From contig CBDBPH010000001.1 of the NCBI GenBank assembly GCA_965208665.1, positions 16,408 to 80,407 on the forward strand: a DNA stretch of 64,000 nt, in the 5' to 3' direction. The DNA is from Dehalococcoidia bacterium (GTDB lineage Bacteria > Chloroflexota > Dehalococcoidia > Bin125). Position numbers and translations under genes: made by a program. The notes below the pieces were generated by a model. That model did not search any database. It had not been told where the DNA came from and worked only from the letters and a program-made list of their open reading frames with translations. How positions within the stretch are numbered: position 1 is the first letter of the stretch; each line of letters starts with the position of its first letter. Below are positions 47,256 to 58,065 of the stretch, piece by piece.

Positions 47256-48371
47256 TCAGAGAATCGATCCCAGCCGCTCCAACAGCGTCTCGAGTTGATC
47301 GGCGCGCGGGATCGAGATGCGCAGGTGCCGCGCGAGCAGTGGATCGCTGTACGTGCGAGTGAACACGCCGACGGCGGCAAGCCGATCGTGAAGTTCCTCG
47401 CCGGTTCCGATGTCTGGATCGACGCCGACCAGGATGTAGTTGGATTCGGAGGGCAACGGAGACAGACCTTCGAAGTCGAGCAAGCTGTCGTAGAAACGGT
47501 CTCGACAATCGCGGACGGCTCCAATCTGAGCGCCGATTTCATCGGCGTGATCAACGGCAGCAATGCCGGCGACCTCGGCAGCCTGATTGACGTTGTATGG
47601 CTGCTTGACCTTGATCAGATCCGCTATCAGATCCGGATGCGCCAGAGCGTATCCAAGTCGCAGGCCGGCAATCCCGGCCCATTTGCTGAAGGTGCGCATG
47701 ATGATCAGCCGTGGATAGTCGGCTAACAGATCCTGCGCCGATGCATCGACGCCAGCGAACTCGATGTAGGCCTCGTCCAGGATGACCGAGGCGCCTCGGC
47801 CGAGGATGTCGCGGAGCAGTTCCTTCGGAACAAGGTCACCGCTGGGATTGTTTGGTGAGGTCAGCACGACGATGCACTCCGCACCCGGGTGTTCGACCGC
47901 ACCCAGCAACGCCTCGCTATTCACTGTGAACCCGTAGCCCCTCGCCACCTCGACCAGCCTGAGCTCATTGACATCGGCGAGAAATGGATACATGCCGAAC
48001 GACGGCGGACACGTGACAATGATGTCACCCGCCTGCAACAGCGAGCGCAAAGCGAGGTCGAGCAATTCGTCGGCGCCGGCACCGGCGACGATCATCGACG
48101 CGTCGAGACCGGTGTAGCGCGAGAGCGCTGCGCGCAGCTCAGTCTGATTCGGGTCGGGATAGATCGAGCCGAAACGCGGATCTGCCATGGCTGCTGAGAG
48201 CGCCGCGCGTACCTTCCGATGCATCCCGTAGGGATTCTCGTTGGCGTCCAGCTTGAGGCAATCCTCGGGATCGAGACCGGCCCGGCGGGCCCGTTCCGCC
48301 AACGGGACAACGGGTGCGTAACCCGGAAGCTGCGCAAGGTGGGAGCGAACCTGCGGAGGCTCGGAAGTCAT
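47256..48371 (-). CDS. hisC: Histidinol-phosphate aminotransferase
   Basis: KLDANENP, YPD, SPNNPSG, DEAY, RTFSKWAGIAGLRLGY. Confidence 0.93.
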   Translation of the reverse strand: MTSEPPQVRSHLAQLPGYAPVVPLAERARRAGLDPEDCLKLDANENPYGMHRKVRAALSAAMADPRFGSIYPDPNQTELRAALSRYTGLDASMIVAGAGADELLDLALRSLLQAGDIIVTCPPSFGMYPFLADVNELRLVEVARGYGFTVNSEALLGAVEHPGAECIVVLTSPNNPSGDLVPKELLRDILGRGASVILDEAYIEFAGVDASAQDLLADYPRLIIMRTFSKWAGIAGLRLGYALAHPDLIADLIKVKQPYNVNQAAEVAGIAAVDHADEIGAQIGAVRDCRDRFYDSLLDFEGLSPLPSESNYILVGVDPDIGTGEELHDRLAAVGVFTRTYSDPLLARHLRISIPRADQLETLLERLGSIL

Positions 48372-49729
48372 CGATCTCGCCGTCGACGTTCGAGCGAGCG
48401 CGCGTGCGCGTCAAGCCCCTCGGCATGTGCGATCAACTCCGCGTCGGCGGAGACTTCGTCCAACAATTCGTCGCTGACTTGCACGACGGTCGTGATCTTC
48501 ATGAACTCGCCGACATTGAGCGCCGAGGCAAACCGCGCCGATCCGCCGGTCGGCATCACGTGAGACGGCCCGGCAACGTAGTCGCCTAGCGCCTCGGGCG
48601 ACGCTTCCCCGACGAACAGCCCACCCGCGTTGCGGACCTCTCCGATGTGCTCGCCTGCATTCTTCACGACCAGTGCGAGGTGTTCGGGCGCGTAGTCATT
48701 GGCGATGGCGAACGCCTCGTCGAGATTGGGGACGAAGGCGAGTCCGCCTCGGTTGCGGACCGCGTTGAGAGCGATCGTTCGCCGCGGAAGATCCGTCGTT
48801 TGTTCCAGCAGCTCCTCCACGACCGACTCGGCAAGCGTCTCGCTGGTCGAGATCAGAATTGGCGCGGCAAAGTCGTCGTGTTCGGCCTGGGCGAGAAGGT
48901 CGGCCGCGACGAGCTCAGGGCTGGCGGTCTCGTCGGCGACGATCAGCGTCTCGGTCGGACCATAGATTGCATCGATCCCGACGACGCCGTAGAGGCGTCG
49001 CTTTGCCGCCGTGACAAAGCGATTGCCTGGGCCGAAGATCTTGTCGACCGCGCCGATCGACTCGGTGCCGTAGGCGAGTGCGGCGATCGCCTGCGCGCCG
49101 CCAACCTTGTACACCGTCTGGACACCGGCAACCTCGGCGGCGACCAGCTTCAGCGCGTGGACATTGGCTGAACCGTCCTCGCTCGGGACCGCTGGAGAGG
49201 CGATCACCACGTCAGGCACGCCGGCGACCTGCGCTGGGATAGCCGTGTGCAGCACGCTTGAGGGATAGACAGCGGCAGTGCCCGGAACGTACAGCCCGAC
49301 TCTCGCGAGAGGCCGAACCAGTTGACCAAGTCCGTCGGCTGTGAACGACTGGGCCGCATGCTCGAGTTGCGTCTCGTGGTAACGACGGACTCGATCGGCG
49401 GCATGCTGAAGGGCCGAAACCAACTCCGGCGAGACCTCGCTCCTGGCCGCGGCAAACTCCTGCTCGCTCACGACCAATGAGTCGGGCGCGGCGCCGTCGA
49501 TCGCGGCTGATATGTCGCGCACGGCCGCGTCGCCGCCGTTCCGCACACGCTCGATGATCCGGCGCACAGCCTCCTCGAAGTCCGGTTCATCGTCGAACAG
49601 ACGGCGCAGAATCTGCCGCTCGATTTCGCTCAGTTCGTCGTCGTCGGGGCGGCGGCGGGAGAGGAGCTGTTCTCGGGTAGCCTCCGCGCCGCGCCAGATC
49701 GGGATGTCGATGTCGGTGGCGCTGACCAT
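48368..49729 (-). CDS. hisD: Histidinol dehydrogenase
   Basis: VGLYVPG, GGAQAIAALAYG, GPGN, QAEH, PEHL, GDY.AGPSH.MPTGG. Confidence 0.95.
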   Translation of the reverse strand: MVSATDIDIPIWRGAEATREQLLSRRRPDDDELSEIERQILRRLFDDEPDFEEAVRRIIERVRNGGDAAVRDISAAIDGAAPDSLVVSEQEFAAARSEVSPELVSALQHAADRVRRYHETQLEHAAQSFTADGLGQLVRPLARVGLYVPGTAAVYPSSVLHTAIPAQVAGVPDVVIASPAVPSEDGSANVHALKLVAAEVAGVQTVYKVGGAQAIAALAYGTESIGAVDKIFGPGNRFVTAAKRRLYGVVGIDAIYGPTETLIVADETASPELVAADLLAQAEHDDFAAPILISTSETLAESVVEELLEQTTDLPRRTIALNAVRNRGGLAFVPNLDEAFAIANDYAPEHLALVVKNAGEHIGEVRNAGGLFVGEASPEALGDYVAGPSHVMPTGGSARFASALNVGEFMKITTVVQVSDELLDEVSADAELIAHAEGLDAHARSLERRRRDR

Positions 49730-50493
49730 CAGGCGGCGCCCATCCATTCGCGCAGGACTGTTGTCGTACGTTCCGCCGTGGATTCAAAGAACGCGTCAAG
49801 CGCCGCCTGGTCTACCCGCGTAAGCGTGTCGTCGAGCAGTTCGGGGATCGTTTCCATGAACTCTCGCAGGCCGGATTCGCTCTCGATGCCGGCGCTCTTC
49901 AGGTGTCGCGATGCAATGAACGAGAAGCGCTCCCAGTCGGGTGGATGCTCGGTCATCGCTGCTGTCGTGTCGCGCCACTGTGTCAGTAACGCACGGTCGA
50001 CGAAACCGGTGTCAATCTCGACGGCCGATCCAAAGAGCGCGTGGCGCATCTGCTGCATTTGCTCGTCCGATTCTCGCTCACGTCGGTCAAGTTCGTACTG
50101 CAGAACCCGATCGAGCAGGTTGGCATGCGAGTTGCCCCCAAGCACCGAGCGCGAGCCGAAGAACGGCCGATATATCTGCAGCACGTACTCCTGGTCCATG
50201 ATCAGGTGCGTCAGGTATCCGGCTACCCAGGCAATGGTTTCGGTCGTCAGATTGGATGGATCGCGGAACATCCGGTGAGCGCCGAAGAAGTTCTCAACGC
50301 AGTCCTGGTGCCCGTCGTCGTAAATGTCGAAAAAGTGAGTCCGCTCCCGATCCCAGCGGGTCAAGACGCGAATGTCCGGTGTCGTGGCGCCCAGCAGATA
50401 GTCGCCGTTCTGCTCGTCTAAACACACGCTCTCCGCATCGACCTGTCGGCCCGCCCGCACGGCGGCAATCATATGCGTCACCAGGGGAGGCAT
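49729..50493 (-). CDS. Zn-dependent phospholipase-C-family-like protein
   Basis: MP..VTH, YLLGA..PD, THF, GYLTHLIMD. Confidence 0.7.
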   Translation of the reverse strand: MPPLVTHMIAAVRAGRQVDAESVCLDEQNGDYLLGATTPDIRVLTRWDRERTHFFDIYDDGHQDCVENFFGAHRMFRDPSNLTTETIAWVAGYLTHLIMDQEYVLQIYRPFFGSRSVLGGNSHANLLDRVLQYELDRRERESDEQMQQMRHALFGSAVEIDTGFVDRALLTQWRDTTAAMTEHPPDWERFSFIASRHLKSAGIESESGLREFMETIPELLDDTLTRVDQAALDAFFESTAERTTTVLREWMGAA

Positions 50494-50528
50494 GTTCGGA
50501 GTGTATCCCGCCTGCGTATTCTTGAAAC

Positions 50529-51887
50529 ATGAGTTGGTTGTTGCGACGTCCGATTCGAGCGCTGGCGTGCGTCCTGCTCGGCTTGGGGCTTGGCTCCGCG
50601 CTGCTCACCGCTTGCGGCTCCGACAACCCGCCCGGCGCGGTCCATGTCTCCGAGATGGCGCAGGAGATCGGGCCCGTCTCGGCCAACTTCGTCGGGCGCG
50701 CGCTCGACCGGGCGGAACGCCAGGACGCCGCTGCCTGGATCCTGATGATGGACACACCCGGCGGACTGATCTCGTCGACCGACGACATCGTGCAGCGCAT
50801 CCTGGCGGCCAAGATTCCGGTGATCGTCTTTGTCAGTCCGGCCGGCGCGCGAGCCGCATCGGCAGGCACGTTCATCACTATGGCCGGACACATCGCAGCG
50901 ATGGCGCCCAACACGCAGATCGGCGCGGCCCATCCCATCTCGGGCAGCGGTGAAGATATCGACGGCGATCTGCGCGACAAGGTCACCAACGACGCTGCCG
51001 CTGACATCCGCGGGATCGCCAAACACCGAGGCCGCAATGAGGAATGGGCTGAGGATGCGGTGCGCAACTCCGTCTCGATCACCGGCGATGAGGCGGTTGA
51101 ACTCAACGTCGTCGATCTCGTTGCCGCCAATCTCAACGATCTGATTTCGCAGATCGACGGTCGAACCATCCTCCTCGATCCAGAAGGCGAGAGCGTCACG
51201 CTCGACCTCTCCGCCGCTCCGATCGTCGAGACCAACTACAACTTTGCGGAATCGGTGCTGGACGTGATCGCCGACCCCAATATCGCCTTCCTCTTCACCT
51301 CGATCGGCAGCCTGTTGCTCCTCATCGAGGCGTTCTCGCCCGGCCTCGTCGGCCCTGGCGTCTTCGGCGTGATCATGCTGATCTTCGGGTTCTTCGCGCT
51401 GGGACCGCTGGACACGAATCCGGCCGGAATCGCCCTGCTGGTCCTCGCAATCATCCTGCTGATAGCGGAAGTCTTCGTGGCCGGATTTGGCTTCCTCGGG
51501 ATCGGAGGGATCATTGCGCTCATTCTTGGCGGCCTGCTGCTGATCGGCGATGCATCTGTCGACGCCGAGAAGGTGTCCGTCTGGGCCCTGATCGTGGGGG
51601 CAGGGCTGATTGGGCTAGTCGTCTTCGGGCTCGGGACATTGATCGCTGTGGATCGGCGGCGGCCGAGGTGGTCCTTCCAGGGTCCCCGTGGGATCGTCGG
51701 CAAAGAGGGCCACGCCCACAACACACTCTCCCCCGAAGGGACCGTCATGGTTGACGCCGAGCTATGGTCGGCGCGGGCGGCAGCGGGCGTCGAGATTACC
51801 GAAGGCGCGACGATCAAGGTGATCGGCATGGACGGGTTGACCGCGATCGTGGAATCGACCGACGCATCAGGAGGTTCAGATGGCTGA
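50529..51887 (+). CDS. nfeD: NfeD membrane-bound serine protease
   Basis: Lipoprotein-like signal (LTAC), DTPGG, AASAG, IGAAHP, TM block, C-terminal OB domain. Confidence 0.9.
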   Translation: MSWLLRRPIRALACVLLGLGLGSALLTACGSDNPPGAVHVSEMAQEIGPVSANFVGRALDRAERQDAAAWILMMDTPGGLISSTDDIVQRILAAKIPVIVFVSPAGARAASAGTFITMAGHIAAMAPNTQIGAAHPISGSGEDIDGDLRDKVTNDAAADIRGIAKHRGRNEEWAEDAVRNSVSITGDEAVELNVVDLVAANLNDLISQIDGRTILLDPEGESVTLDLSAAPIVETNYNFAESVLDVIADPNIAFLFTSIGSLLLLIEAFSPGLVGPGVFGVIMLIFGFFALGPLDTNPAGIALLVLAIILLIAEVFVAGFGFLGIGGIIALILGGLLLIGDASVDAEKVSVWALIVGAGLIGLVVFGLGTLIAVDRRRPRWSFQGPRGIVGKEGHAHNTLSPEGTVMVDAELWSARAAAGVEITEGATIKVIGMDGLTAIVESTDASGGSDG

Positions 51888-52254
51888 GTCAAAGTTCGAC
51901 CAGTACATCGCCGGCCTTGATCAGGCGGAGCGGTCGGTGGCGCTCAAGATCCGTGACGCCGTCCGCGACGCTGTAGGCGGCAACCCCCATATCTCGGAAA
52001 CCACGAAGTGGACCTATCCGGCGTGGGTCTACGACGGCAAACGCAGCAATATGTGCAGCATCATGGGCGCCAACGGCTACGTCCGGCTGCAGTTCTTCCG
52101 AGGCGCAGAACTGCCCGCGGCCCAGTCCCGCCTGGAAGGCACCGGCAAGGGCATGCGCCATCTCAAGGTGTGGTGCGAGGGCGAGTTTCCGGCGAACGAG
52201 ATTCGGCGGTTGGTGTCGGACGCGATCGAACTACACGCCGTCCCCGGCGGCTGA
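51880..52254 (+). CDS. DUF1801/YdhG-like protein
   Basis: E..KW..P, L.FFRGA, LEGTGKGMRHLK. Confidence 0.85.
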   Translation: MAESKFDQYIAGLDQAERSVALKIRDAVRDAVGGNPHISETTKWTYPAWVYDGKRSNMCSIMGANGYVRLQFFRGAELPAAQSRLEGTGKGMRHLKVWCEGEFPANEIRRLVSDAIELHAVPGG

Positions 52255-52255
52255 G

Positions 52256-52630
52256 CTAGTACGAATGAACCGCCCGCTTGGCGTTTCGAGGGCGCTGCGG
52301 AATGCGCGCTGCTCGACCAGTTCGATCACGGAGGTAGTACAACCGCGATCGGCGCACCCGCCCGCGCCGCGTAACCTCAACCCGCTCGATCCTCGGTGAG
52401 TGATACAAGAAGGTGCGCTCCACGCCGATGCCTTTGGTCACTCGGCGAACGGTGAAGTTTGACGACGAACCCTGCTTCTTCCGCCGGATCACGACCCCCT
52501 CGAAGACCTGTGTACGTTCGCGGTCGCCCTCCACGATCACTGCGTGCACGCGCACGGTGTCCCCGGCCTGGAATTCCTCGATATCCGGGTTGCGGTCAAG
52601 GCTCAGGAGATCGCTGCGGTCCATCGTCAA
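52256..52630 (-). CDS. rplS: 50S ribosomal protein L19
   Basis: [33 protein letters not shown]. Confidence 0.96.
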   Translation of the reverse strand: MTMDRSDLLSLDRNPDIEEFQAGDTVRVHAVIVEGDRERTQVFEGVVIRRKKQGSSSNFTVRRVTKGIGVERTFLYHSPRIERVEVTRRGRVRRSRLYYLRDRTGRAARIPQRPRNAKRAVHSY

Positions 52631-52721
52631 CTCCGGACAAAATGCTCAAATCAAACTCTTAGGTTCATCTTACGACCGCATCTCGCTTGCGTTCTAGCCG
52701 TCTGCAGCGGTGATCGGTCGC

Positions 52722-53426
52722 TCAAGTCGTTGTCTTCGATACATCGTCAACGTTAGCGAGCAAATCGGGACGGCGGGCGCGGGTTCGCTCGACCTGCCGT
52801 TCGCGTCGCCAGCGACCGACCGCGCCATGATCCCCGCTCAAGAGGACTTGTGGGACGCGCCAACCGCGAAACTCAGCCGGTCGCGTGTACTGGGGATACT
52901 CGAGCAGACCTGCCGCAAAGGATTCCTCGACGGTCGACTCAGCAGAGCCAAGCGCGCCCGGCTGCAAGCGGACGACCGAGTCCACCAGCACGCCGGCGGC
53001 CGGTTCGCCTCCTGAGAGCACGTAGTCGCCGATTGACACCTCTTCGTCGACAAGATGCTCCCTCACCCGCTCATCTACACCTTCGTAGCGGCCGCAGAGG
53101 ACAATCAGCCGGTCCTCCGATGCCAGTTGCTGCACGAGGCGCTGGTCCAGACGCTTGCCCTGCGGAGTGAGCAGGATGACGCTACCGGGATTCCCCGAGA
53201 CGCGCAGCGCCTCGACCGCCGCGAACCATGGCTCAGGCTTCATCACCATGCCGGCGCCGCCTCCGTACGGGTAGTCGTCGACCGTTCGATGTCGGTCGGC
53301 CGTGTGGTCCCGAAGGTCGTAGACGTGAATGTCGACGATCCCGCGCTCGCGGGCACGCTTGATGATGCTGTGTTCAAACGCGCCCGCAAGCAGCGGCGGG
53401 AAGATCGTGACGACGTCGATCCTCAT
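52722..53426 (-). CDS. trmD: tRNA (guanine37-N1)-methyltransferase
   Basis: [35 protein letters not shown]. Confidence 0.97.
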   Translation of the reverse strand: MRIDVVTIFPPLLAGAFEHSIIKRARERGIVDIHVYDLRDHTADRHRTVDDYPYGGGAGMVMKPEPWFAAVEALRVSGNPGSVILLTPQGKRLDQRLVQQLASEDRLIVLCGRYEGVDERVREHLVDEEVSIGDYVLSGGEPAAGVLVDSVVRLQPGALGSAESTVEESFAAGLLEYPQYTRPAEFRGWRVPQVLLSGDHGAVGRWRRERQVERTRARRPDLLANVDDVSKTTT

Positions 53427-54640
53427 TCGCGTCCGAAGGCGGCGTTCGGATCCCAGCGCCGGTTACCGTTGCGGGTGCCGCCGTTGGCCGAGGCGGCGGC
53501 CTGCCGGTTATGCAGGAAGGCTGGAGTGGCCAGTTCCTCGGGGTTGCGCGGTTCCACCGGGTTGAATGTCAGGCTCTCCAGTATGTCCTGCCGAGTCGGC
53601 GCGGGCGGCGGCGCATCGGGTTGGACAAACGAAGACTGCGTTCCGGCGACAGACGGCGCCCCCAGAGAGGCGGCAGCCCGCTGTTGGTCGAACCCCGTAG
53701 CGATCAGCGTCATCTGAATGTCGCCGTCGAGATCCTCGTCGATCACCGTGCCCATGATGATCTCGGCGTTCGGGTGGACCTTCTCGCGTACGAAATCGGC
53801 TACCTGCGAGAGTTCGAGCATGCCCAGATCCCCGGACGACGTCACGTTGTAGAGCACCCGCGTCGCGCCGTGGATGCTGTCCTCAAGCAGTGGCGAGTGG
53901 ATCGCTTCCTCAACGGCATCGAGCGCCCGGTTATCGCCCGAGCCGTGACCCAGCGCCATCAATGCGTGTCCGCCGCCGCCCATCACCTTCTTCACGTCGT
54001 TGAAGTCGAGGTTGATCTCTCCGGGCACCGTCAACACATCGGAGATCCCACGAACCGCCTGGCGGAGCACGTCGTCGGCCCGGTGAAACGCATTGGTGAC
54101 TGTCAGATTGCGGTCGTTCTTGTCGATCAGCCGCTGGTTGGGGATCACGATGACCGTGTCCGCGACCTCGTTCAGGCGCTCGATCCCGTCCTGAGCCGAC
54201 CTCGCCCGCGGGACTCCTTCGAACTCGAATGGTCGGGTGACGACCGCGATCGTCAGCGCGCCCGCCTGCCGCGCCATCTCGGCGACGATCGGCGCCGCTC
54301 CCGTCCCGGTGCCGCCGCCCATACCGGCAGTGATGAAGGCCATATCGACGTCGCTGAACAGGTTGCGGATTTCCTCGCGGCCGTTCTCCGCCGCGCGAGC
54401 CCCACGCTCCGGATCGCCGCCGACGCCGAGTCCGTCCGATTCCGCGTCGGCGATCCGTACGATCGTCTCCGCCTCGGAGTTCGAGAGCTGCTGATTGTCG
54501 GTGTTGATCGCGACGAACTCAACGCCGCGGATTTTGTCGCTGATCATGCGGTTGACGGCGTTGCAGCCGCCACCGCCAACTCCGACGACGGTGATCGGCG
54601 GAATGCCTTCCTGGCGGCTTCCCTGCTTGCGTCGATTCAT
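53423..54640 (-). CDS. ftsZ: Cell division protein FtsZ
   Basis: [32 protein letters not shown]-terminal TPAFL. Confidence 0.97.
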   Translation of the reverse strand: MNRRKQGSRQEGIPPITVVGVGGGGCNAVNRMISDKIRGVEFVAINTDNQQLSNSEAETIVRIADAESDGLGVGGDPERGARAAENGREEIRNLFSDVDMAFITAGMGGGTGTGAAPIVAEMARQAGALTIAVVTRPFEFEGVPRARSAQDGIERLNEVADTVIVIPNQRLIDKNDRNLTVTNAFHRADDVLRQAVRGISDVLTVPGEINLDFNDVKKVMGGGGHALMALGHGSGDNRALDAVEEAIHSPLLEDSIHGATRVLYNVTSSGDLGMLELSQVADFVREKVHPNAEIIMGTVIDEDLDGDIQMTLIATGFDQQRAAASLGAPSVAGTQSSFVQPDAPPPAPTRQDILESLTFNPVEPRNPEELATPAFLHNRQAAASANGGTRNGNRRWDPNAAFGRE

Positions 54641-54737
54641 TGGCTCGATCCTCTCTGTTATGTCCGTTGCGTTTCATTCAAGGTCGGTCCGCCAGCAAAC
54701 CGCCGTCCGCACGTTGGACGGCCGGCTCGGTGAACGT

Positions 54738-56018
54738 TCATGAGTTGGGGCTGAACACCCTTGCCAGGCCCGCCACGCCCGAAGCGAGCGATCCCAACAC
54801 GGAACCACCACTCTCCGGTCGCCGGCGCAGCGTGCGCGCCGCGTTGGCGTTCATCGCATCGCCCGAGTCCAGCATCCAGTCAAGCATGCCAACCACGCCC
54901 AGCGCGTCGGGGTTGCGCAGCTTGTCGGTCAGTCCGTGGATCTCGCCGACCACGCCGACCCGGGCCGGCACATCCAGGGCCTTGCTGAACAACAGGTCGA
55001 TCCCGCCCAACATCGCGCCGCTACCGGTCAACACGACTCCGCCGGCGACCGCATGCTGGAGCTGGTGCTCCGTAATGCGACCGCTGATCATGCTGATCAT
55101 CTCGCACACGCGGGCATGAATGATCTCGGCCACAAACGCCGCTGACACGCGATCCGGACCGCTCGAGCTGCCATTGAAGCCGCGCAAATCAATCTCCCGT
55201 GCGTCCTGCGGAACCATCTGCGGCACCGCCAGACCATGAGATTGCATCACCATGCCGGCCTCCTCATTGGTGCAGTGGAGGCCGATCGAAAGATCGCGGG
55301 CAATGTGGGAGGCACCGATCGGCAGGGCCGATGTGTGCGAGATCGCGCCTCCCTCGAAGGCGGTCAGACTGATCGTGCCCGCGTCCAGACCCACAACCAA
55401 CGCGCCGAACTCCTTCTCGTCGTTGCGTACCGCTCGCTCGGCGGCGACAACCGGCTTGGCGGCGATCAGCTCAACGTCGACGCCGGCGTTCTGCACGCAG
55501 TGCGCCGCGTTCTGAATCGCGCTTTGCGATGCCGTAACCAGGTGCATCGAAACGTCCAACCGTTGACCATGCTGACCGCGCGGGTCGAAGGAACGTCGGT
55601 CCGAGTCGACCACGTAGTAGCGCGGAATCGCGTGGAGCAGGGTGCTGACGGTGTTAATCGTGACCGCCCGCCCGGAATCGATCGCGCGGATCAAATCCGA
55701 GTCCCGAATCGGCTCCCCGAACGACGGCAACGCCACCGCGCCGCGGTTGTTGATGCTCTGCAGATGCGCGCCTGAGACGGCGATGCCCACCGACAGAATC
55801 TGTCGTCCGGATGACGCCTCTGCCTGGTCGAGCGAGGCGCGGATGGCGGAAGCCGCGCGAGAGACGTGGGAAATCTGTCCTGCTTCGACGCCAACGGACG
55901 GCGACTGACCAACCCCGAGCACATGCAAGTGGCCGTGTTGGTGTCGCTCCCCCACGACCGTGGTGATGGCGGACGACCCGAGGTCGATGGCGACGCTGGC
56001 AGTAGAAGTTGGCGGCAT
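54738..56018 (-). CDS. ftsA: Cell division protein FtsA (divergent)
   Basis: DLGSS, GVVLTGSG, C-terminal amphipathic helix; lies between ftsQ and ftsZ. Confidence 0.9.
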   Translation of the reverse strand: MPPTSTASVAIDLGSSAITTVVGERHQHGHLHVLGVGQSPSVGVEAGQISHVSRAASAIRASLDQAEASSGRQILSVGIAVSGAHLQSINNRGAVALPSFGEPIRDSDLIRAIDSGRAVTINTVSTLLHAIPRYYVVDSDRRSFDPRGQHGQRLDVSMHLVTASQSAIQNAAHCVQNAGVDVELIAAKPVVAAERAVRNDEKEFGALVVGLDAGTISLTAFEGGAISHTSALPIGASHIARDLSIGLHCTNEEAGMVMQSHGLAVPQMVPQDAREIDLRGFNGSSSGPDRVSAAFVAEIIHARVCEMISMISGRITEHQLQHAVAGGVVLTGSGAMLGGIDLLFSKALDVPARVGVVGEIHGLTDKLRNPDALGVVGMLDWMLDSGDAMNANAARTLRRRPESGGSVLGSLASGVAGLARVFSPNS

Positions 56019-56047
56019 GTGTGCTCCCCGGCTCGCTATCCGTTGCC

Positions 56048-56959
56048 CTATTGCTCGCTGACACTCGCTGTGGCGTGATCCTGAACACGAACGTCACGTC
56101 CGACGTTCAAGCCAATCTCCACACGCGGTCTGAGGCCGAAGCGCAGGTCGGCGAATAACAGTGGTTCGCCGCGTCGATGCGCTTCATGTTCCAACTGCTC
56201 CCAAACGGCGTACTTGTACTCAAGGCCGTCGCTGTCGCCGAACACGATGCGTCCGTGCTCGGTGATGACGACGAGGCCGTCGCTGAGCGACCACTCGTAT
56301 CCAACAAGGCCGGGTAGCGGCAACGGCGCGCCACGCGCATGCAGCTCAGCCGCCATGTTGACCGCGCTGATGTTGATTTGCGCTCCGGCCGTGATCGCCG
56401 GGAGAGCCGAAACCTGTGTCACGATCGGTCCGTGCCGAGCAGGCGCGGAGCCCTCGAGGATCACACCCTCGGAATCAATTGCCCACACTGTGTCGTTGGC
56501 CCGCCACCGGCCCCACGGCGTACGTTCCACTATGACAACATTTATGCCACTCGGCCAGTCCCGGCTCACCGTCACGTCCTTGACCATCGGCAACGCCGCA
56601 ATTCGCTGACGTGCGGCATCCAGGTCGGCCAGCATTACGTGCTCTCCTTTGAGCCCCGCCAGCTGTCTGACCGATGCGGCTGAAACTGCGTCTGCGCCCT
56701 CCACACTGACCGATTTCACCTCCAGCAGCGGCGAGTTCAGCAGCGCCAGCATCACCCCCAGCGCCGCAATCGAGAGCACGACGGCCGCGAAGATCAAGCG
56801 CGGCCAGCGAATCCTGATGCTGGTCAGCACCGGCAAGTGTTCCCGCGAGGTTAGTCGGCGGAACATCCGCTGCCCCCGGCTCAACGGGACCGGCTGAACG
56901 ATCGGATCGTCCGTCGTCTGGATCCCATCCCGCTCCGGGTTGGGTGGCTTGTCGCTCAT
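56048..56959 (-). CDS. ftsQ: FtsQ/DivIB
   Basis: Single TM, POTRA domain (V.RDWP...ERTP), DLRF. Confidence 0.85.
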   Translation of the reverse strand: MSDKPPNPERDGIQTTDDPIVQPVPLSRGQRMFRRLTSREHLPVLTSIRIRWPRLIFAAVVLSIAALGVMLALLNSPLLEVKSVSVEGADAVSAASVRQLAGLKGEHVMLADLDAARQRIAALPMVKDVTVSRDWPSGINVVIVERTPWGRWRANDTVWAIDSEGVILEGSAPARHGPIVTQVSALPAITAGAQINISAVNMAAELHARGAPLPLPGLVGYEWSLSDGLVVITEHGRIVFGDSDGLEYKYAVWEQLEHEAHRRGEPLLFADLRFGLRPRVEIGLNVGRDVRVQDHATASVSEQ

Positions 56960-58065
56960 CGGCGAGCCTCGTGCTCCTCCGACGGACGGGTATGCCGCCG
57001 TCGATGGCGTTCGATGCCCAACTCGACCAGCCGATCGACCAGTTCGCCTAGCGGTAGACCATCCACCTCAAACACACGCGGATACATCGACGCGGATGTG
57101 AACCCCGGAATCGTGTTCAGCTCGCCCAGCCAGAGCTGCCCATCCGGTCCGAGCAGGAAGTCGGCGCGGACCATGCCCTCCGCCCCGATAGCGCGCCACG
57201 CTCCGAGCGCTAACGCCTGCATCTTGCGGCCGACACTTGGATTGATGTGTGCTGGTGCGATCAACTCGGTGTCTGGATCCTCGTACTTCGCCGTGTAGTC
57301 GTAGAACTCACGCTTGGTGCGAATCTCCCCCAAGGAAGATGCAATCGGCGCTCCCTCGCCCTCAGATCCCAGGACGCCGCATTCGATCTCGCGAGCTGAC
57401 GACATTGCCTCTTCGATCAGGATCTCGGAATCGCACTCAAATGCCGCTGCGTAGGCTTCCGCTGCCTCCTCGCGAGAGTCAATCTTGCTAATGCCGATGC
57501 TGGATCCGCCGCGCGAGGGCTTGACGAACTGCGGATAGCCGAACTCGGAGCCGCGCCGCACAACGCCCATCCGGTCATCCCGCCATTCGTCGCAGGTGGC
57601 AACGATCCATGGCGCAACCGGGATCCCGACATCACGCATAACCTGCTTACAACGCGCCTTGTCCATAGCAATCGCCGATGCGCCAACGCCCGACCCGACG
57701 TAGGCGATGTCCAGCGTTTCGAGGAGGCCCTGGAGCACCCCGTCCTCGCCTGTTGACCCATGGATCAGCGGAAAGACCGCATCGCACTCCAGCAGCGCAG
57801 CGACCGTCCCCGGTGCGATTGGCGCTGCGTGGCGAGTAGGAGGCTCCGGGATCTCTTCTGGAGCTCCAAGCTCGATCGCACTCAGAGCGAGTCCGGATTC
57901 CTCTGGCGTGAGCCAACGTCCGGAGCGCGAAACGGCGAACGGCACTGTGAGCCAGCGATCAGCGTCAACTGCAGCCATCACAGCCCGTGCGGAGCGCACC
58001 GAGATTGTGTGCTCCGCCGATGCGCCGCCTAGAACGATACCGAGAATGCGCTGCTCGTTAGGCAA
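56956..58065 (-). CDS. ddl: D-alanine-D-alanine ligase
   Basis: GG.S.EH..S, HG..GEDG, MDK, FVKP..GGSS.G, YDY..KY, ELNTIPG; GAGGAG before TTG 58065. Confidence 0.95.
   Translation of the reverse strand: MPNEQRILGIVLGGASAEHTISVRSARAVMAAVDADRWLTVPFAVSRSGRWLTPEESGLALSAIELGAPEEIPEPPTRHAAPIAPGTVAALLECDAVFPLIHGSTGEDGVLQGLLETLDIAYVGSGVGASAIAMDKARCKQVMRDVGIPVAPWIVATCDEWRDDRMGVVRRGSEFGYPQFVKPSRGGSSIGISKIDSREEAAEAYAAAFECDSEILIEEAMSSAREIECGVLGSEGEGAPIASSLGEIRTKREFYDYTAKYEDPDTELIAPAHINPSVGRKMQALALGAWRAIGAEGMVRADFLLGPDGQLWLGELNTIPGFTSASMYPRVFEVDGLPLGELVDRLVELGIERHRRRHTRPSEEHEARR

Noticed and set aside
13037-51887. Further Sec read-through at other TGA-ending genes, or inside the AhpD/CMD-like gene
   Set aside because: In the cases I inspected the proteins are complete at the stop, with no Cys-equivalent motif. 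This was not an exhaustive check.
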